Assembly (NCBI GenBank): GCA_965644265.1
Contig: OZ286469.1
Coordinates: forward strand, 66,526,001 to 66,590,000
From: Glycera tridactyla
Lineage: Eukaryota
DNA: 64,000 nucleotides
Reading direction: 5' to 3'
Shown here: positions 26,400 through 39,800 of the stretch, piece after piece
Layout of the letters: the number at the start of each line of letters is the position of its first letter
Numbering within the stretch: the first letter of the stretch is position 1
Position numbers and translations under genes: made by a program
Notes under the pieces: model-generated
Told to the model about the DNA's origin: nothing
The model's database searches: none
The model's input: only the letters and a program-made list of their open reading frames with translations

Positions 26400-29287
26400 T
26401 TGGAGTCTATTGAGGCAAATACTCCCAAATCAGCAGCTATCAAATTATCTAAACTCAAAGGAATTTCATTTGCACGCTTGAATATTCGAAGTTTACTGAA
26501 GAACATAGATGACCTTAGAATCTTTCTCCAGCAGAGCAATATTGATTGTATTGGTTTCACTGAAACATTCCTGACTCCTAATATTCCTGATGATACTCTC
26601 CAAATACCTAAATACATACTGTATAGAATAGATCGAACAGCTGATACTGGCAAACGAACTGTTGGAGGCATCTGAATTTACTGCCGATATCATTACACGT
26701 TTAGCTATGAGGCACAGTGGAGCATTGTCAATAAAGATATCGAGATGGCTTGATGCAAATTATCACTACCTCATACCAGGGCAAACTATATTGGTTTTAT
26801 CTATCGGCCACCAGATGGTAATGTCGACAACGCTCTCGAGCTTCTTGAACTAAGGTTGGGAGACATGTACAGTGACCGGGTTGCTGATGTGTGGGCCCTC
26901 GGTGACATAAATATTGATTTTAATTCACGCTCAAGCTCTCTGACCAAATATAAGAACCTGCTCAGAATCTATCATTTAGAACAGCCTATTAAGGAACCAA
27001 CAAGAATAACTTCATCCACGAGGTCCCTGATTGATCATATTGTCACAAATCATGCTGAGATATGCAAATTTTCTGGGGTATTAGACCTCGGCTTTAGTGA
27101 CCATTGTCTCGTTTATATGATCAGGAAAAAGAATTGTAAAAAGGGCCAGTATATTCAAATAAGGAACTACCGTGATGTTAATGTTCACCTATTCAACCAA
27201 GCCATTACCAATGCTGATTGGTCATCCTTCATGGCAGCCCAAACTGTTGACACAGCTGTTGATTCATTTTATCAGAATGTGCTCGCCATTTGTAATAATT
27301 TCTACCCGTGGAAACGGATTCGAAGAAGGAACGAATGTCCTGGGTGGATCACCGGGGATTACTTGAGTCATGTGGACGAAAGGGAGTACTTGAGTGAAAG
27401 ATTCAGATTGAACCTAACTCCAGAAAATGCCCTACGTAAGAAAAATGCCCAACGCCAGACAAACAGACTGAAGTTAAGCCTTCAAAGGTCCTATGTGAAA
27501 AACGAATTGTCGGAAGCAGAGGGTGACATGAAGAAACTCTGCCGAATAATACGTGAGTTTTGGCCTAGTGGTAAAGGACTTAATATTATTACGAAAATTG
27601 GACAGGAATCTGCACCTGTCGAAATAGCTAAGCTTTTGAATGAGCATTTCAGTAGTGTTGGCCAGAAAATTAATGACACCCTCAATGATGGCAAACAACA
27701 ATTTCTACCCAATTTTAACAATCGAGTAACTGCCAACTTTACATTCCACGATGTTGGCATCAAGGACATTCTAGAAATCATCAGCAGGTTCTCGGCATCA
27801 AAGAGCGTCGGCAACGATAATCTTCCACCAACTATTCTTAAATGGCTTGCTCCCACTATCAGCCCTTTCTTGAAACGTATTTTTGACATGAGTATCCAGA
27901 AAGCTGTTTTCCCATCGACTTGGAAAAACGGAGTCATCACCCCACTTTTCAAAGATGGCAGTCGTGCAGATGCCTCTAACTACCGACCAATGACTGTTCT
28001 TTCACCTGTCAGTAAAATCCTCGAGCGTCTCATACACAACCAACTATTCAGTTATTTTGACAGAATGAATATACTTTGCCAAGAACGAGCGGGGTTCAGG
28101 AAGGGTCACTCCACTGTGACTTGCCTTCATCAGTTCCTGGATAGAATCGACCAGGGACTGGAGAGGGGAATTCCTAGTGGAGTGCTCTTCCTGGACCTCC
28201 AAAAAGCATTTGACACTGTCAATCACGATATAATATGTCACAGATTACATTGTATGGGACTGAGTGCACAGGCGACAAACTGGATTAAATCCTATTTATC
28301 AGATCGCACTTGTTCAACCAAAGCCAACGGTATCATTTCCGAACCACTTGCAGTAAACTGTGGTGTGCCCCAGGGTTCTATCCTGGGGCCGCTACTTTTT
28401 ACAGCCTATATAAACGATCTACCAGCCCTCTTTGACAATATCAATGTGAATCTGTATGCAGATGACACGGCGCTCTCCTATGTGTCTGACTCTCCAGATG
28501 ACATGCAACAAGTTCGAAATGAAAACCTGACACGAGTTGCCTAGTGGCTTGTGACCAACAAGCTCATGTTAAATGTCAACAAGACAAGGTCCATGTTGTT
28601 TGGCACCCAGACATCCCTGCAACGCTTCTCAGACGTGGTGCTTGAATATGGGGGTAACCAGATTATCAAGGTTGATTCCTTTAAATATCTTCCTTGATAG
28701 CAAGCTTAGTTTCTGCAAACATGCGGAATATGTAAAGCAGAAGAAAATAGGGAAAGTTAAGTTTTTAGGCCGAATTCGGCCAATTATGGATCAGCAAACG
28801 TCGTTAATGCTTTACAAAAGTCTGGTTGCCCCCATGTTCGATTACTGTGATATCATTCATGACAACTTGTCGCAGCTAGACGCTAATATGTTGCAACGGG
28901 TGCAAAATTGCGCAGCCCGTACAATCTTAATGAAGGAGTGCAGTTTTACATAAAGAGCTATCTCTGGACACACTAGTGGTTCGGAGAAAAAAACATTCGG
29001 CAGTCTTTATGTACAAGGCCCTGAAATCGAATTCTCTTCCGAAACATATAGGTGATATGTTCACACATGTACGCAGCATACATAATAGAACTACAAGAAC
29101 AAGTGCAAACAATGCACTGAAAATTCCCAGGATGAGATTAAGCAGGTCCAAAGGTAATTTTTCATACCGGGGTTCCAAAAATTGGAATAGCCTCTGCAGA
29201 TCATTGAAAGATTCTTGTTCTCTTGATACTTTCAAGAAGTCTATTAAAGAGCTCAACTCACCATGGGAACTAGGGTCTGTAACATAA
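26400..29287 (+). pseudogene. LINE ORF2 (APE endonuclease + RT), few stops/frameshifts
   Basis: LNIRSL, GFTETFL, LGDINID, SDH; LDLQKAFDTVNH, GVPQGSILGPLLF, YADDT. Split across ORFs 26400-26675, 26856-28544, 28573-28953 and 28976-29287. Confidence 0.95.
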
Positions 29288-29749
29288 TTGGGAGTCTTTA
29301 GTTATTTTCGATAAAGTCATGTGTTGTGAATTCTAAAGCTCCAACCTAGTGGCTGTTAAATTTAAAAGTGTAAATGGATTCTGTCCCCGGATCCCATCAG
29401 AGAGCACCATTAAATGGGTGCTTTACCCCCACATCTACTATTCTGTATAATCGTGCTAATGTTTGTTTATTTTTTGGGGATATGATTGAGTGGATAATCG
29501 TGCAAATGTGTGTTTATTTTTTTGGGTAATGATTGAGTGTATGCATGCTTGAATAATTTCGAAAACTATCTTAGGTTTTCTCATTTTTCCATATCTTGTA
29601 AATTACTGTACATATGTGATTCCCATTACCCCACTCGTGTGTACTGGATAAAGATGCTCTCATCTAACTGTGCACCTGTACATATACACTGTATTTGTAT
29701 TTTACGAGTTTAAATAAAGATTATTGTATTGTATTGTATTGTATAGATG

Positions 29750-30755
29750 TGTATACATAGGACATCATTCTGACCTTGATGAGATTACCAGTTTCTTTTT
29801 GAAAGTCGGTGCAAGCGTTATTTGTCAAATATTAGTTCATATCTTCAACCAGTCTTTAGAACGTTCCGTCTTCCCGAGTAAATGGAAACATACCATTGTC
29901 AGTGGGATCCACAAGGGGGACCGGCTGATGACTACGGCAATTTCAGGCCGATATCCATTCCACCTGCCCTGGGCAAGCTTCTGGAAAAATTAGTACACTG
30001 TCAAATTTGTGATTTTTTCAATAGTACCAGTGTCCTAAATTCAGCACAATTTGGGTTCAGGAAGGGGATTTCCGCTGGGTCACGCGTCGTCTGTGCGTGA
30101 GTGGCTGGTTCTACTCAGCAACAGAGTTAAATCTATTCGAGGAATCAAGGCGCGGCAGCACCGTCATTGAAACTTTTAGATGTTTGAAAACACCTCAAAT
30201 CGTTGCTTCCCCCATGGGTAATCTCTTCACTAGAGAAATGCCACATGTAACCAGGACGCACTTCTATTGCCATAGACAATTTGCTACATGTTTGTTACGT
30301 ACTTGATCAGTTTGTCAAGCACATATTTCCTCGGCAAAGTCCGGTTATATATAATTTCTCTGCGGTACCTTTTAACTATTGAGAAACTTCTGTCGTTTTT
30401 CGCCACAATTGCTCCATGTACGAGGAGCTTCATGCCGAAACTTTGATGTGCTTCCCCTTACACGTTATATGCTCTCCCCTGTCTCCTGTTTACTTATTGT
30501 TATTGGTGTCTGTTGGAAGCTATATACGTATACATGTATACATATCTTTGTTTTGTACCTACTGGAACCCTGTGTATTTCTACTGAGTGTATATGTCACG
30601 TTTCAAATTTTATAGTAAATGATGGTATTGTTATTGTTGCTACTGACCACATGTTCGCGTAAGCACCTAATACGACCAGATTTGGTCACGTGTAAATATA
30701 TTTTATGTACAACTTACGCGATAAAGAATTCTGGATCTGAATCTGAATCTGAATC
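29750..30755 (+). mobile_element. Second CR1/L2-type LINE, truncated and internally deleted
   Basis: HIFNQSLERSVFPSKWKH; NFRPISIPPALGKLLEKLVHCQI...QFGFRKG; ends gataaagaattc + (TCTGAA)n. Confidence 0.75.
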
Positions 30756-30882
30756 ATTCCTAGCTCGGGATTTTGGAAAGTTTAGCACCCTTTGATGATT
30801 CTATCAATTTGAGTTTTAAAATTCTAATCTGCAAGCATGTATGCCTTTTGCATGATTCTTGAGGGAATCAAGTGTCTGGGGG

Positions 30883-31086
30883 TAACCCAGTGCATGCAGA
30901 CTGGGATATCAAAGGCCGGTCGTGTTTATGGGAGTCTGTTCCTGTATGCACGTAAAAGAACCACTGCCGTCTTCTGCGAAGAGTAGGGACGGCCCCGGAA
31001 GCAGTGTCTCTTTTCTTCAGCATTTTCTGTTTTTCAGTCTGATATAGCCCAAGGTGAATGAAAGGACGTCAAACACAAACAAACAA
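30883..31086 (+). mobile_element. Family B copy
   Basis: taacccagtgcatgcagactggg...gcacgtaaaagaaccactg...gacgtcaaacacaaac. Confidence 0.9.
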
Positions 31087-31636
31087 TCATACATGCCAAG
31101 CCAATCAGAACCCAAAAGCATCAAAATTGGCCAGTTTGATGAAAAAAAAACCATCTCATTGTTCGCTCATTCATATCCATGAACATGGTCACACATGTCT
31201 CATCTGGATCCCTTTCTATCCTGTCTACAAACACGTGCTAAATCACAACCTTGGGTACTGACAAACTGGAGCAAGTGCATAATTTTTGTGATGCCCAACT
31301 CTGCAGAGAAGAAAGGCGAATGGCAATTGATGAAAGGGACACACTGTTATTCTTCTCCCTATAATCATGGCCAAGCTCATCTATTCCATGCCCGTTTGAT
31401 ATATGGCGTCCGATATATGTCTGTGCCTAGTTGTTGGAACATCATACCAAGGAAGGTGTTCCCAAATGGCATGCTTCAAATGTTTGGAGATTTTTCCACA
31501 CAACTGACACTCATTGGAATTTATGTTTGATGTTTGATGTAGTCAGGCCCAAAAGCAGCCTCTAGGCATTGTAGGGTGTCATCTACAATACAGATTATGG
31601 AGCCTCCTGTATACCTCATGCAAATATGTCACCATA

Positions 31637-34166
31637 CTAAGGTACAATTGAGTGGGGTACTAGAGTGACAGGGGTGAGAGAATGTGTGGGTTTCATTTTT
31701 GCCTGAACTAGGATGTCTCGCAGGTTTTGGGAGCGCTTGTAAGCCGTGATGAATTTGTCTGCTGCGATTTTCCTGGTGGTGGGTGATCTCTCAAAAAGTT
31801 CCCAGTTCTTCTTGGTGATTTTCTCTAGGTGGTTGAATTTAGGGTAGTAGGTGGTGGTCATAATAACTGGGAGTTCCTATTCAGGTTCGCATTCATTGTC
31901 TGTCTTGGGTTTCAGGAGGTCTTCTCTGCCTTTTAGGGAGGCTTTCCTGAAGCTGTCTTCTAGGATTTGGGGGGATACCTGCGTTTCCTGAGGTGGTAGA
32001 GAATCATACCACTGTTGAGGTTGAAGACGTCCTCTTTGCTGAAGATGCGCTTAACTCTGAATAGCTGACTCCACGGTATGCTCTTTTTCATATGCAGGGG
32101 ATGTGCTGATTGGAAGTCAAGGTAGTTGTGGCTGTCAGTGGGTTTGGAGTACAGGGTGGTCCAGAGATGACCGTTGTCAATGTGGACAGTGGTATCAAGG
32201 AAGTGTACGTGCGATGTGGATTCTTCAAGGGTGAATTCAATGGAGGGATGAGATGTGTTCAGATGTTGGACAAAGGATTTAATTGTCTGGGGGCCATGGG
32301 TCCATCTTATGAAGATATCATCAATGAATCTGCCGTAGAGGAGTGATTGTAGTTCTTGGGTGTAAACAAGTATTTCTTCAAAGTCGGCCATGAACAGGTT
32401 GCCAAAGCTGGGAGCTACTTTCGTGCCCATGGCGGTCCCCCCAATCTGTAGGTAATTCTCACTATCGGTCTGTGTGTATCAAGTATGTGACTGTTGGCTT
32501 CTTGATTGGGGATTTTCGTGTTCGTGTAGTGACATCAAGGGAGGCCAGGATGGTGTCTGATAGGAGTTCTGGGACTTCCTGTAGTTTTCGGAGGAAGTGG
32601 ATCGTATCTTTAAGGTATAATTTGGTTTTGACAAGAAGGGGGTTGGAGGAAATGGTCTACAAAGGCTGATGTTTTCTCGGTTGGGCTTTCATCGGCCGAG
32701 ATGATAGGCCTGCCTGGGGGGGGGGGGGGGGGTTTCTAATGAATCTTGGGTAGTAAGTATAGTAGGGAAGTTCTAGGCTTCCTGTTCACTAAGTGGTTGT
32801 AGGTGTTTAGATGCGTCTCATTCTGTTTGACCAGGTCGTCGAGTTTGGAAGTGATGGTGGTGTTGTAGTCCTTGGTCGGATTGTCGGTCAAGGGTTGGTA
32901 GAATTTGGTCTTGGAGTTGGGAAAGGCCTTCCTCAACATAATTGGCTCGATTGAGCAGGCCTACTGCAGAACTTTTATCCGCTGGTTTAATGACGATATA
33001 TCAGATCAGAGAGTTCTTCGAGGGCATTTCTCTCAATTTTGCTGAGGTTCTGTGGTTCATGAATAGGAGTGAGGAGATGATGTGAGATAGGGGAGTGGGG
33101 AGAAGATTCACTATTTCTTCTGGCTTCTTGAGGCCAGGACCACTGCCAATTCTGACGGCTCGCAGTAAACCGGTACGGGTGGTTCGGGTTGGTTCTGGTG
33201 CCATGTGTTTGTTTGAAGTGGTGGGTACTGTTCTGGGATGAGTGCCCGCTGAGGTGGTGGTGGTGGTGGGGGTGGTTGATAATAGTTGTTATTGTAGTTA
33301 GGTGTGTTTGGCTGAGCCCATGGTCGCCAGTTGCATGGTGGTGGGTCTCTTCTTTGTGGTGGGCATGTGTAGGTGCTTGCTGGTTCAGGTCACGGAAATG
33401 GCACCGTGAGTGTCTGTGAATTTTATAAATTTTCACCCGTTTGGGACCGAGTAGGAGGAGTCTTGGATGATCCCACCCATGCCCATTGCGTGGGCGTCAC
33501 TATATAGCCCAGATGGTGCGGACGTGACGTTAAACAAGAACCAACCAACCAACTTGCTGGTTTGAGGCAGTAGCCGCGGCGAAATGGTTTCTGCTGTGAT
33601 TTCTGTTAGGGCATAGTGTTTGATTGGCTTGAAAATGCCTGGCGGCTGGTGGATGGACGTGGGGCCTGTTGGCGGTTGTCTTTGGGGGCCTGGAGAGAGG
33701 TGGTAGATGGTTGCTTGGCAGCGGTGGTTGGGAGCTTGACAGACATCAGGGACGGGATCTGTTTTGGTTTGCACGGTGGGGCTGTGGAGGTGGCATTGGC
33801 CGGTATATATGGAGTGGTCCTATTGGTGGAACACTTGTTTTCAAGAGCAGATTTTTGTACAATCGGCTCAGTGGACAGCTGGTAATTGGAGTCTGCAGGT
33901 ACTGAAGTGTTAGTGAGAAATCTGGTGATGACTTCGTCAGTGACCGGATTGCTCTGTGTTTTGGTGAGAACCTTATTAAGTGGCTTGATGTCTCTCATCG
34001 TCTTCTTATAGAGTAAGTCCATAGCAAGGTCGAAGTTGACCTTGTTTTTGTCAAATAAGTTCTTCAGGGTGAGGAGATGGGCCCGGGCCTGATGGGCCAC
34101 ATCATCCATGTCTGAGTTTATGAGTGTGGCAACAAGATCTAGACCGACTCGTGCTTGTTGTCTCAC
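31637..34166 (-). mobile_element. Penelope-like element (RT), degenerate; GIY-YIG endonuclease not seen
   Basis: YLLPKIH, PGRPIIS, LASLDV, GTAMGTKVAPSFGNLFM, RFIDDIF, HFLD, LYSKPTDSHNYL, SAHP, AYKRSQNLRDILV; low-complexity N-terminal region 33000-34166. Confidence 0.9.
33395..33552 (+). mobile_element. Family A copy inserted antisense in the Penelope-like element
   Basis: Flanking duplication cttgctggtt at 33376 and 33553. Confidence 0.9.
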
Positions 34167-34240
34167 AAGGGGAGTGAACTCTTGATATTTTATTTATTTA
34201 TTTATCTATTTTTTATATATATATATATATAAGACCTCAA

Positions 34241-34857
34241 GGTTTGCCAGTCACTGAGATTGAAATCCACTATTCAGACTTATAACCAAGAATAAAGCTC
34301 TATATTGACCAACTCTGGCAGAATGAACGGGGAACCAAAAAGCGAAATAAATTATATTGTTTCGAACCAAAACTGGAGGACAGATTCCCTGTGAGAACTA
34401 TGAATAGAAGAGAGGAGATAGTACTTTCCGGTCTGAGGATAGAACATACATATCTCACCCATTCACACCTTCTGAAAAAATGAGGCAATCTTAATTGCTT
34501 TGCATATGGATGCCATCTCACAGTCAAAGATTTATTGTTGGATTGTAGAAAATTATCGCAGACCAGGGTTAAGTATCACAGTGTAGAAAATATGACAACA
34601 CTTTTCACGAAAGTCGATCCAACAGACATATTTGATTATTTGCATGAAGTGGGAATATCTAGACGAATATGAATCACATGCATGCTAACTCAGTGCATGC
34701 CGACTAGGATATCAAAGGCCGGCCATGTATATAGGAGCCCTTTCCTGTATGCACGTAAAAGATCCACTGTTGTCTTCGCAAAGAGTAGGGGCGGCCCCCG
34801 GCGGCAGTGCCTCTTTTTCAGTCCAATGTAACCAAACAAACAAACAAACAAACAAAC
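34241..34857 (+). mobile_element. Nimb/I-clade LINE 3' fragment + family B UTR, within a (TA)n tract
   Basis: EIVLSGLRIEHTYLTH...CFAYGCHLTVK zinc-knuckle region; highly similar to 51225-51874. Confidence 0.9.
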
Positions 34858-36110
34858 TATATGTATATATATGTTCATTATATATGTAAATGTATATATA
34901 TATATATATATATATATATTCATACTTCGCCTATTGAAGAGTCTATGTTAGCGTTGAAATTGTGCCATTCATCCAAGAGTACTCCAAGTTACTTAGATGC
35001 CCTAACACAATCTAGAGGACTTTTTTTTAACCTGGGAGATTTTTGAATTATTTTTGCGAAATAAATTGACAACTATAAACATTATTGCCTGATTTATGAA
35101 CCATATAAATCAGTATTGGAAAATTACCAGAATAGGTAGATCTTTTTATTTCTTCAACATTACATTGCTTTGTGTGCTAATTGATTCAGAGTGGGGTCCA
35201 TGTTTTGTCATCAGTTTACCATTCTGGAAAATGCGTTGCAAACATAGCACTTGCAGCTGTTCTGTTTCGAATTTATGGACACATTCATTCAATTTTTCCT
35301 TTATTTCCAAAGCCATGCTTTTCTTATTGGTATCTCGGAAATGTAATCGATTCGGACCACATTCTCTTACATCAAGCTCATCTGTCAATTCCACTATCTT
35401 TACGAACCACAAACCAATCATTTTCTTGAATCAGATAGTCAGCAATCTTTTCTAGGTGGGCTTGCACAAAGCTGTGGCGGGTTTTCAGTACAACGTCCTG
35501 GGCCTCTTTGGCAACGATTGATCCAACATTGCACTGGCTATGGTCACATGCAGTTCGCTGAAAATTTAGACGGAATTTTGTCGCTTGGTCTTGAGCCATC
35601 TTGAGCCATTATAAAAACATATGTCAGGAACACTCACTAGACCACAGTGCTCAACTCTTAGCTCATCCTGAAGCTGTGGTACACTTCTTCCCTTCAGCAC
35701 AGATAGTTTCTGGCTGTCAACTCAAAAAGAAGCTCACTTCATTTCAAATTGGAAGGCAGCACTCTGGGTTTCTTGTCCCAACAGTGACCCCCCACTATGA
35801 CATGTACCCTGTCTTCAAGGGACTTGACTGTGAAACACTGGGTTGCACATTCACATACTTTGCTTCCGGCTACTTGGCATCAGTCAAGTATGTGGCCCTG
35901 TCCCATAAGGATTGGATGGGGTGGAGATAATGAGACTGGCTCATCACATGACCATGATCACTCCATTCTTTGAGTAAATCATGTGCAATGAAGGGCCTTA
36001 AGCTTTGAAATCAGAGAATTCAATTCGTTATCACGATGTGGCTTCAATCTCGGACAATTCAGCCCTCACTTTATTATTAGTCATTGAATCATAATGGGTA
36101 GTTTCTCATC

Positions 36111-36289
36111 AACCCAGTGCATGCTGACTGGGATATCGGAGGCTGGCCATGTTTATGCATGTAAAAGAACCACTGTCCGTCGTAAACATAGGGATCGCCC
36201 TCGGCAGTGGTAACTCTTCTTCAGCATTTTCAATTTTACAGTCTGATTTAACCCAAGAAGGTTGAAAGAATATTAAACTCGAACAAAAA
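36111..36289 (+). mobile_element. Family B copy
   Basis: aacccagtgcatgctgactggg...attaaactcgaacaaaa. Confidence 0.85.
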
Positions 36290-36804
36290 TTAGACACTTG
36301 AAGAAAATTTTTCTGAATTTGCCTCGCCAATTACTCTCAGAAGTTTTCTTGAGAGGGACCTCACAACTGAGGATCAATAACAAATGTTTTGAAAATCTTT
36401 CGTGGAGCTACTTCCTACTCATCGATTTCCCCACTCTCCATTTTCCTCTTCAATACTTGTTGATCTTTTAACTGGCATCAAAACACCTTTTTCTGACAAG
36501 GCTTCTTACCTGTGTGGCTCGGTGGTTTTGAAGGGTAATTGAATTTCTCAATGATTCATCAATGTTTCCAGCAGCATATCAAAATCTGCCCGAATTTAGC
36601 AAATATATTTCCGGATTTGTCAAGAGCAGGGAAGCGATTTTGAGCCAAATGTGACCAAACAATATTTTGGATGTTCATGGGAGAGATTATTGCCATTTGC
36701 TATGAAAGCATCAGAACGGAAATCATAGCTTTTTGACATTTCAACAGGATTTTTCTTCACTATGGTTCCTTCATCCTCATTTTGGAGATGTGAATGCAAT
36801 CACA

Positions 36805-39800
36805 ACTGAGCAGTCTCTTTCTCTGAACCACTGCTGTCTTCTGCAACGGTGCCTCTTCGGTTCTATAGTCCGATGTAACCAAGGTGGTTGAAAGGATGTT
36901 AAACCCAAACAAACTTCAAAAGAAATGTATGATCTCGATCTATCATGTTCACTGGGTAGCACCTCACCTTACAACTGCTCCATCAAATCCTTATCCTTGT
37001 CTTCCCACTTTTCCTCAATATGTGTGCCTGTTTCATGCTGAACGTCAGCATATTCAATGATATCTTGACTGAACTCAGAGGATTCTGGACAGGTTTCAGA
37101 CCTTAAAGACTGTCAGAGTGTCTTGTAAATTGTGCGGCAAGCAGCACAACGTTTCAGTAAGTGCTGCTGCTGGTCCTCAATATCTATTTGCAAAAGAATT
37201 TGTGTTGAAAGTTTTGGAGAATATTGCTTTTCTTCATTCTTGTTGAAATTCATGAAATTTTTGGAATTTTGAACAATTTGATCAAACCTGTCTACTACGA
37301 AAACAGAATCATGCTGATTGGAAGGCATCACATACCGATCCTCTCTCTTTACAATTGAATACCTGTCCAATGTTCCAGCTGTTTTGATATATGGATTCCA
37401 TCTCTTTTCACACTGCAATGCACCTTTTCAGTCTGATATAACCCAAGAAGGTTGAGAGGATGTTCAATTCAAAGTCACCAATAATCACCTCATAAAGACA
37501 CTTTTGCTTCAAGGGAGTCTTCATTGCAACCTTAGCATAGTGAGAAATGTGATTCTTTCCAATAACTGCCGTGATGCTGCATCTGACAGCAATGCAAAAG
37601 CAGTGCTAGGTACTGTGTCCACTTATTTAGTCTGCAAACACCAGTCTTCTCGCCATGGTAGTGTGTGATCGCATATATATATATATATACAGGATATTAT
37701 TGCAGGGTAGAAAATTACAACAGGGCATACTTGGCTTCCTAATAGCAGATAATGATACTGTAATGAATCACATTGGTTATTTTGTTTATAATGCATTACA
37801 GATCATCAGTTTGAACTAAGTGCATGCCAAAGGTCGGCCATGTGTATCAGAGTCTGCTCCTATATGCAAGTAAAAGAACCACTGCTGTCTATCGCGAAGA
37901 GTAGAGACTGTCCCCAACAGTCCTCAACTCTTTTTGATGCGTTTTCAGTCTGATAGATGGTTGAAAGGACGTTTGACTCAAAGAAACATCAGACACGGGC
38001 AACGTCTTCCTGAAATCGCCTCGCCAATTCTCTCAAAAGTTTTCTTGAGAGGGACTTTACGACCAAAGATAGTCTTTCCTTCATTCCCCATCAATGAGTG
38101 AATGTTTTGAAAATCTTTCGTTGAGCATAATCCTCCTCATCATCAAGTTTCCTGCTTTCGATTTTCCTCTTCAATTATTGTTGATCTTTCAATATGCATC
38201 ACAGCACCTTTGACAAGGCCTTCTCAACTTTTTGGCTGGGTGGTTTCTGAAATGTAATAGCATCTCTCAATGATTCATCAATTTTTTCAGCATCATATCT
38301 GATTTTGAGCTAAATGTGACAAAACATTATTTCGGATCTGTTCATGGGAGAGATTATTGACATTTGCTATGAGAGCATCGGAAGGGAAATCATAACTTTT
38401 TGTCTTCACACAGGATTTTTCTTGACTATGGTTTCTTCCGCCTCTTTCTGGAGATAGCAATGCAATCGCAGCTAAGCAGTCTCTTTCTCTTCAAAATAAC
38501 TTCCCTGTGTGCACGTAAAAGAACCACTGCCACTTTTCGCAGAAGTAGGGATGGCTCCTGACAGTAGTGCCTCTTTTCTTCAGCATTTTCAGTCCGATAT
38601 AACCAAAGTTGGTTGAAAGGACGTTAAACCCAAACAAACAAACTTCAAGAGAAGTTAATCTGGATCTATCATTTTCACTGAATTTCACCTCGCCTTACAA
38701 CAGCTCCATCAAATCCTTATCACTATCTTTCCACTTTTCCTCAATTTGTGTGCCTATTCCATGCCGAACGTCAGCATATTCAATGACTTCTTTACTGAAC
38801 TCGGATGATTCTGGACACGTCTCGTCTTTGAAATAGCACCTTGTGTGTCTGTGATTTTCATATTATTTCTCCTTCCGTTGGGACCCAGAAGGAGGAGTCT
38901 TGGAAGATCCCACCCATGCCCATTGCATGGGCGTCACAATATAGCCCAGATGGTGCTGACGTGACGTTAAACCAGAACCAACCAACCAATCAACCTGGAC
39001 AGGTCTCAGAATTTGAAGATTGTCGAAGTGTCGTGTAAATTCCAAGGCAAGCAGCATAATGTTTCAGTGAATGCTGCTGCTGGTCCTCACTGATTATTGC
39101 CGAAAGTTCTGAAGAATATTGCTTTTCTCCATTCTTGTTGACATCCATAAAAATTTTGGAATTTTCAACAAATTGATCGAACGTGTGTACTTCGAGAACA
39201 AAATCAAACTCATAAGAAGTCCCACAACAAAAGTTAAATCAGTAACTCAGTTCTCAATCTGGATGTGCACGATTGAAGATTTTCTGACTGGTACAGCGTA
39301 CATGAACAGAATTTTGTAGATTTCAAACCTGATTACAACACTAGGATTGTGTAACCGGACGATTCACATAACATGTCTAATGATGAAGAACACCTGTCAA
39401 TCCACAGAATGAAATAGATCATTTCCCCGCAAAACCTACGGAGACATGGCGCCAGGACCAAATGTGAACTTTTCAAGCATTTCTTCCAATAATGGAACAT
39501 CACTCAGGGTTCGCAATGGCAACAGCACTCAGAATATTATCCAGCATGACCCCAGTCGATGTGAGTGCAGAGTATAGTTGGATATTGTAACTGACCGAGC
39601 ACAACAGAAAGCGGATTGGACACCAAGGAACGCAACTACAGATTTTTAAATAACTAACAATGTATCTAATCGATAAGAACATTAGGTCGTCAGCATCAGC
39701 CACTTAGCTTAAGCGCACTCACACTTAGGTCACAGTCTTACCAATAGGCAGCCAATATCCGCTCACAGGTACTCAGCCTCATCTGCTTACACAGTCAGTG

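Larger units (their letters stand above)
23747..29744 (+). mobile_element. Near full-length CR1/L2-group non-LTR retrotransposon (5' end uncertain)
   Basis: ORF1-like RRM and esterase regions, APE-RT ORF2, ~450-bp 3' UTR, AATAAA (29713) then an (ATTGT)n tail to 29744. Confidence 0.9.

Noticed and set aside
29448-29540. ~46-bp direct tandem repeat and small hairpin in the CR1 3' UTR
   Set aside because: Short UTR repeats are ordinary for CR1/L2 elements.
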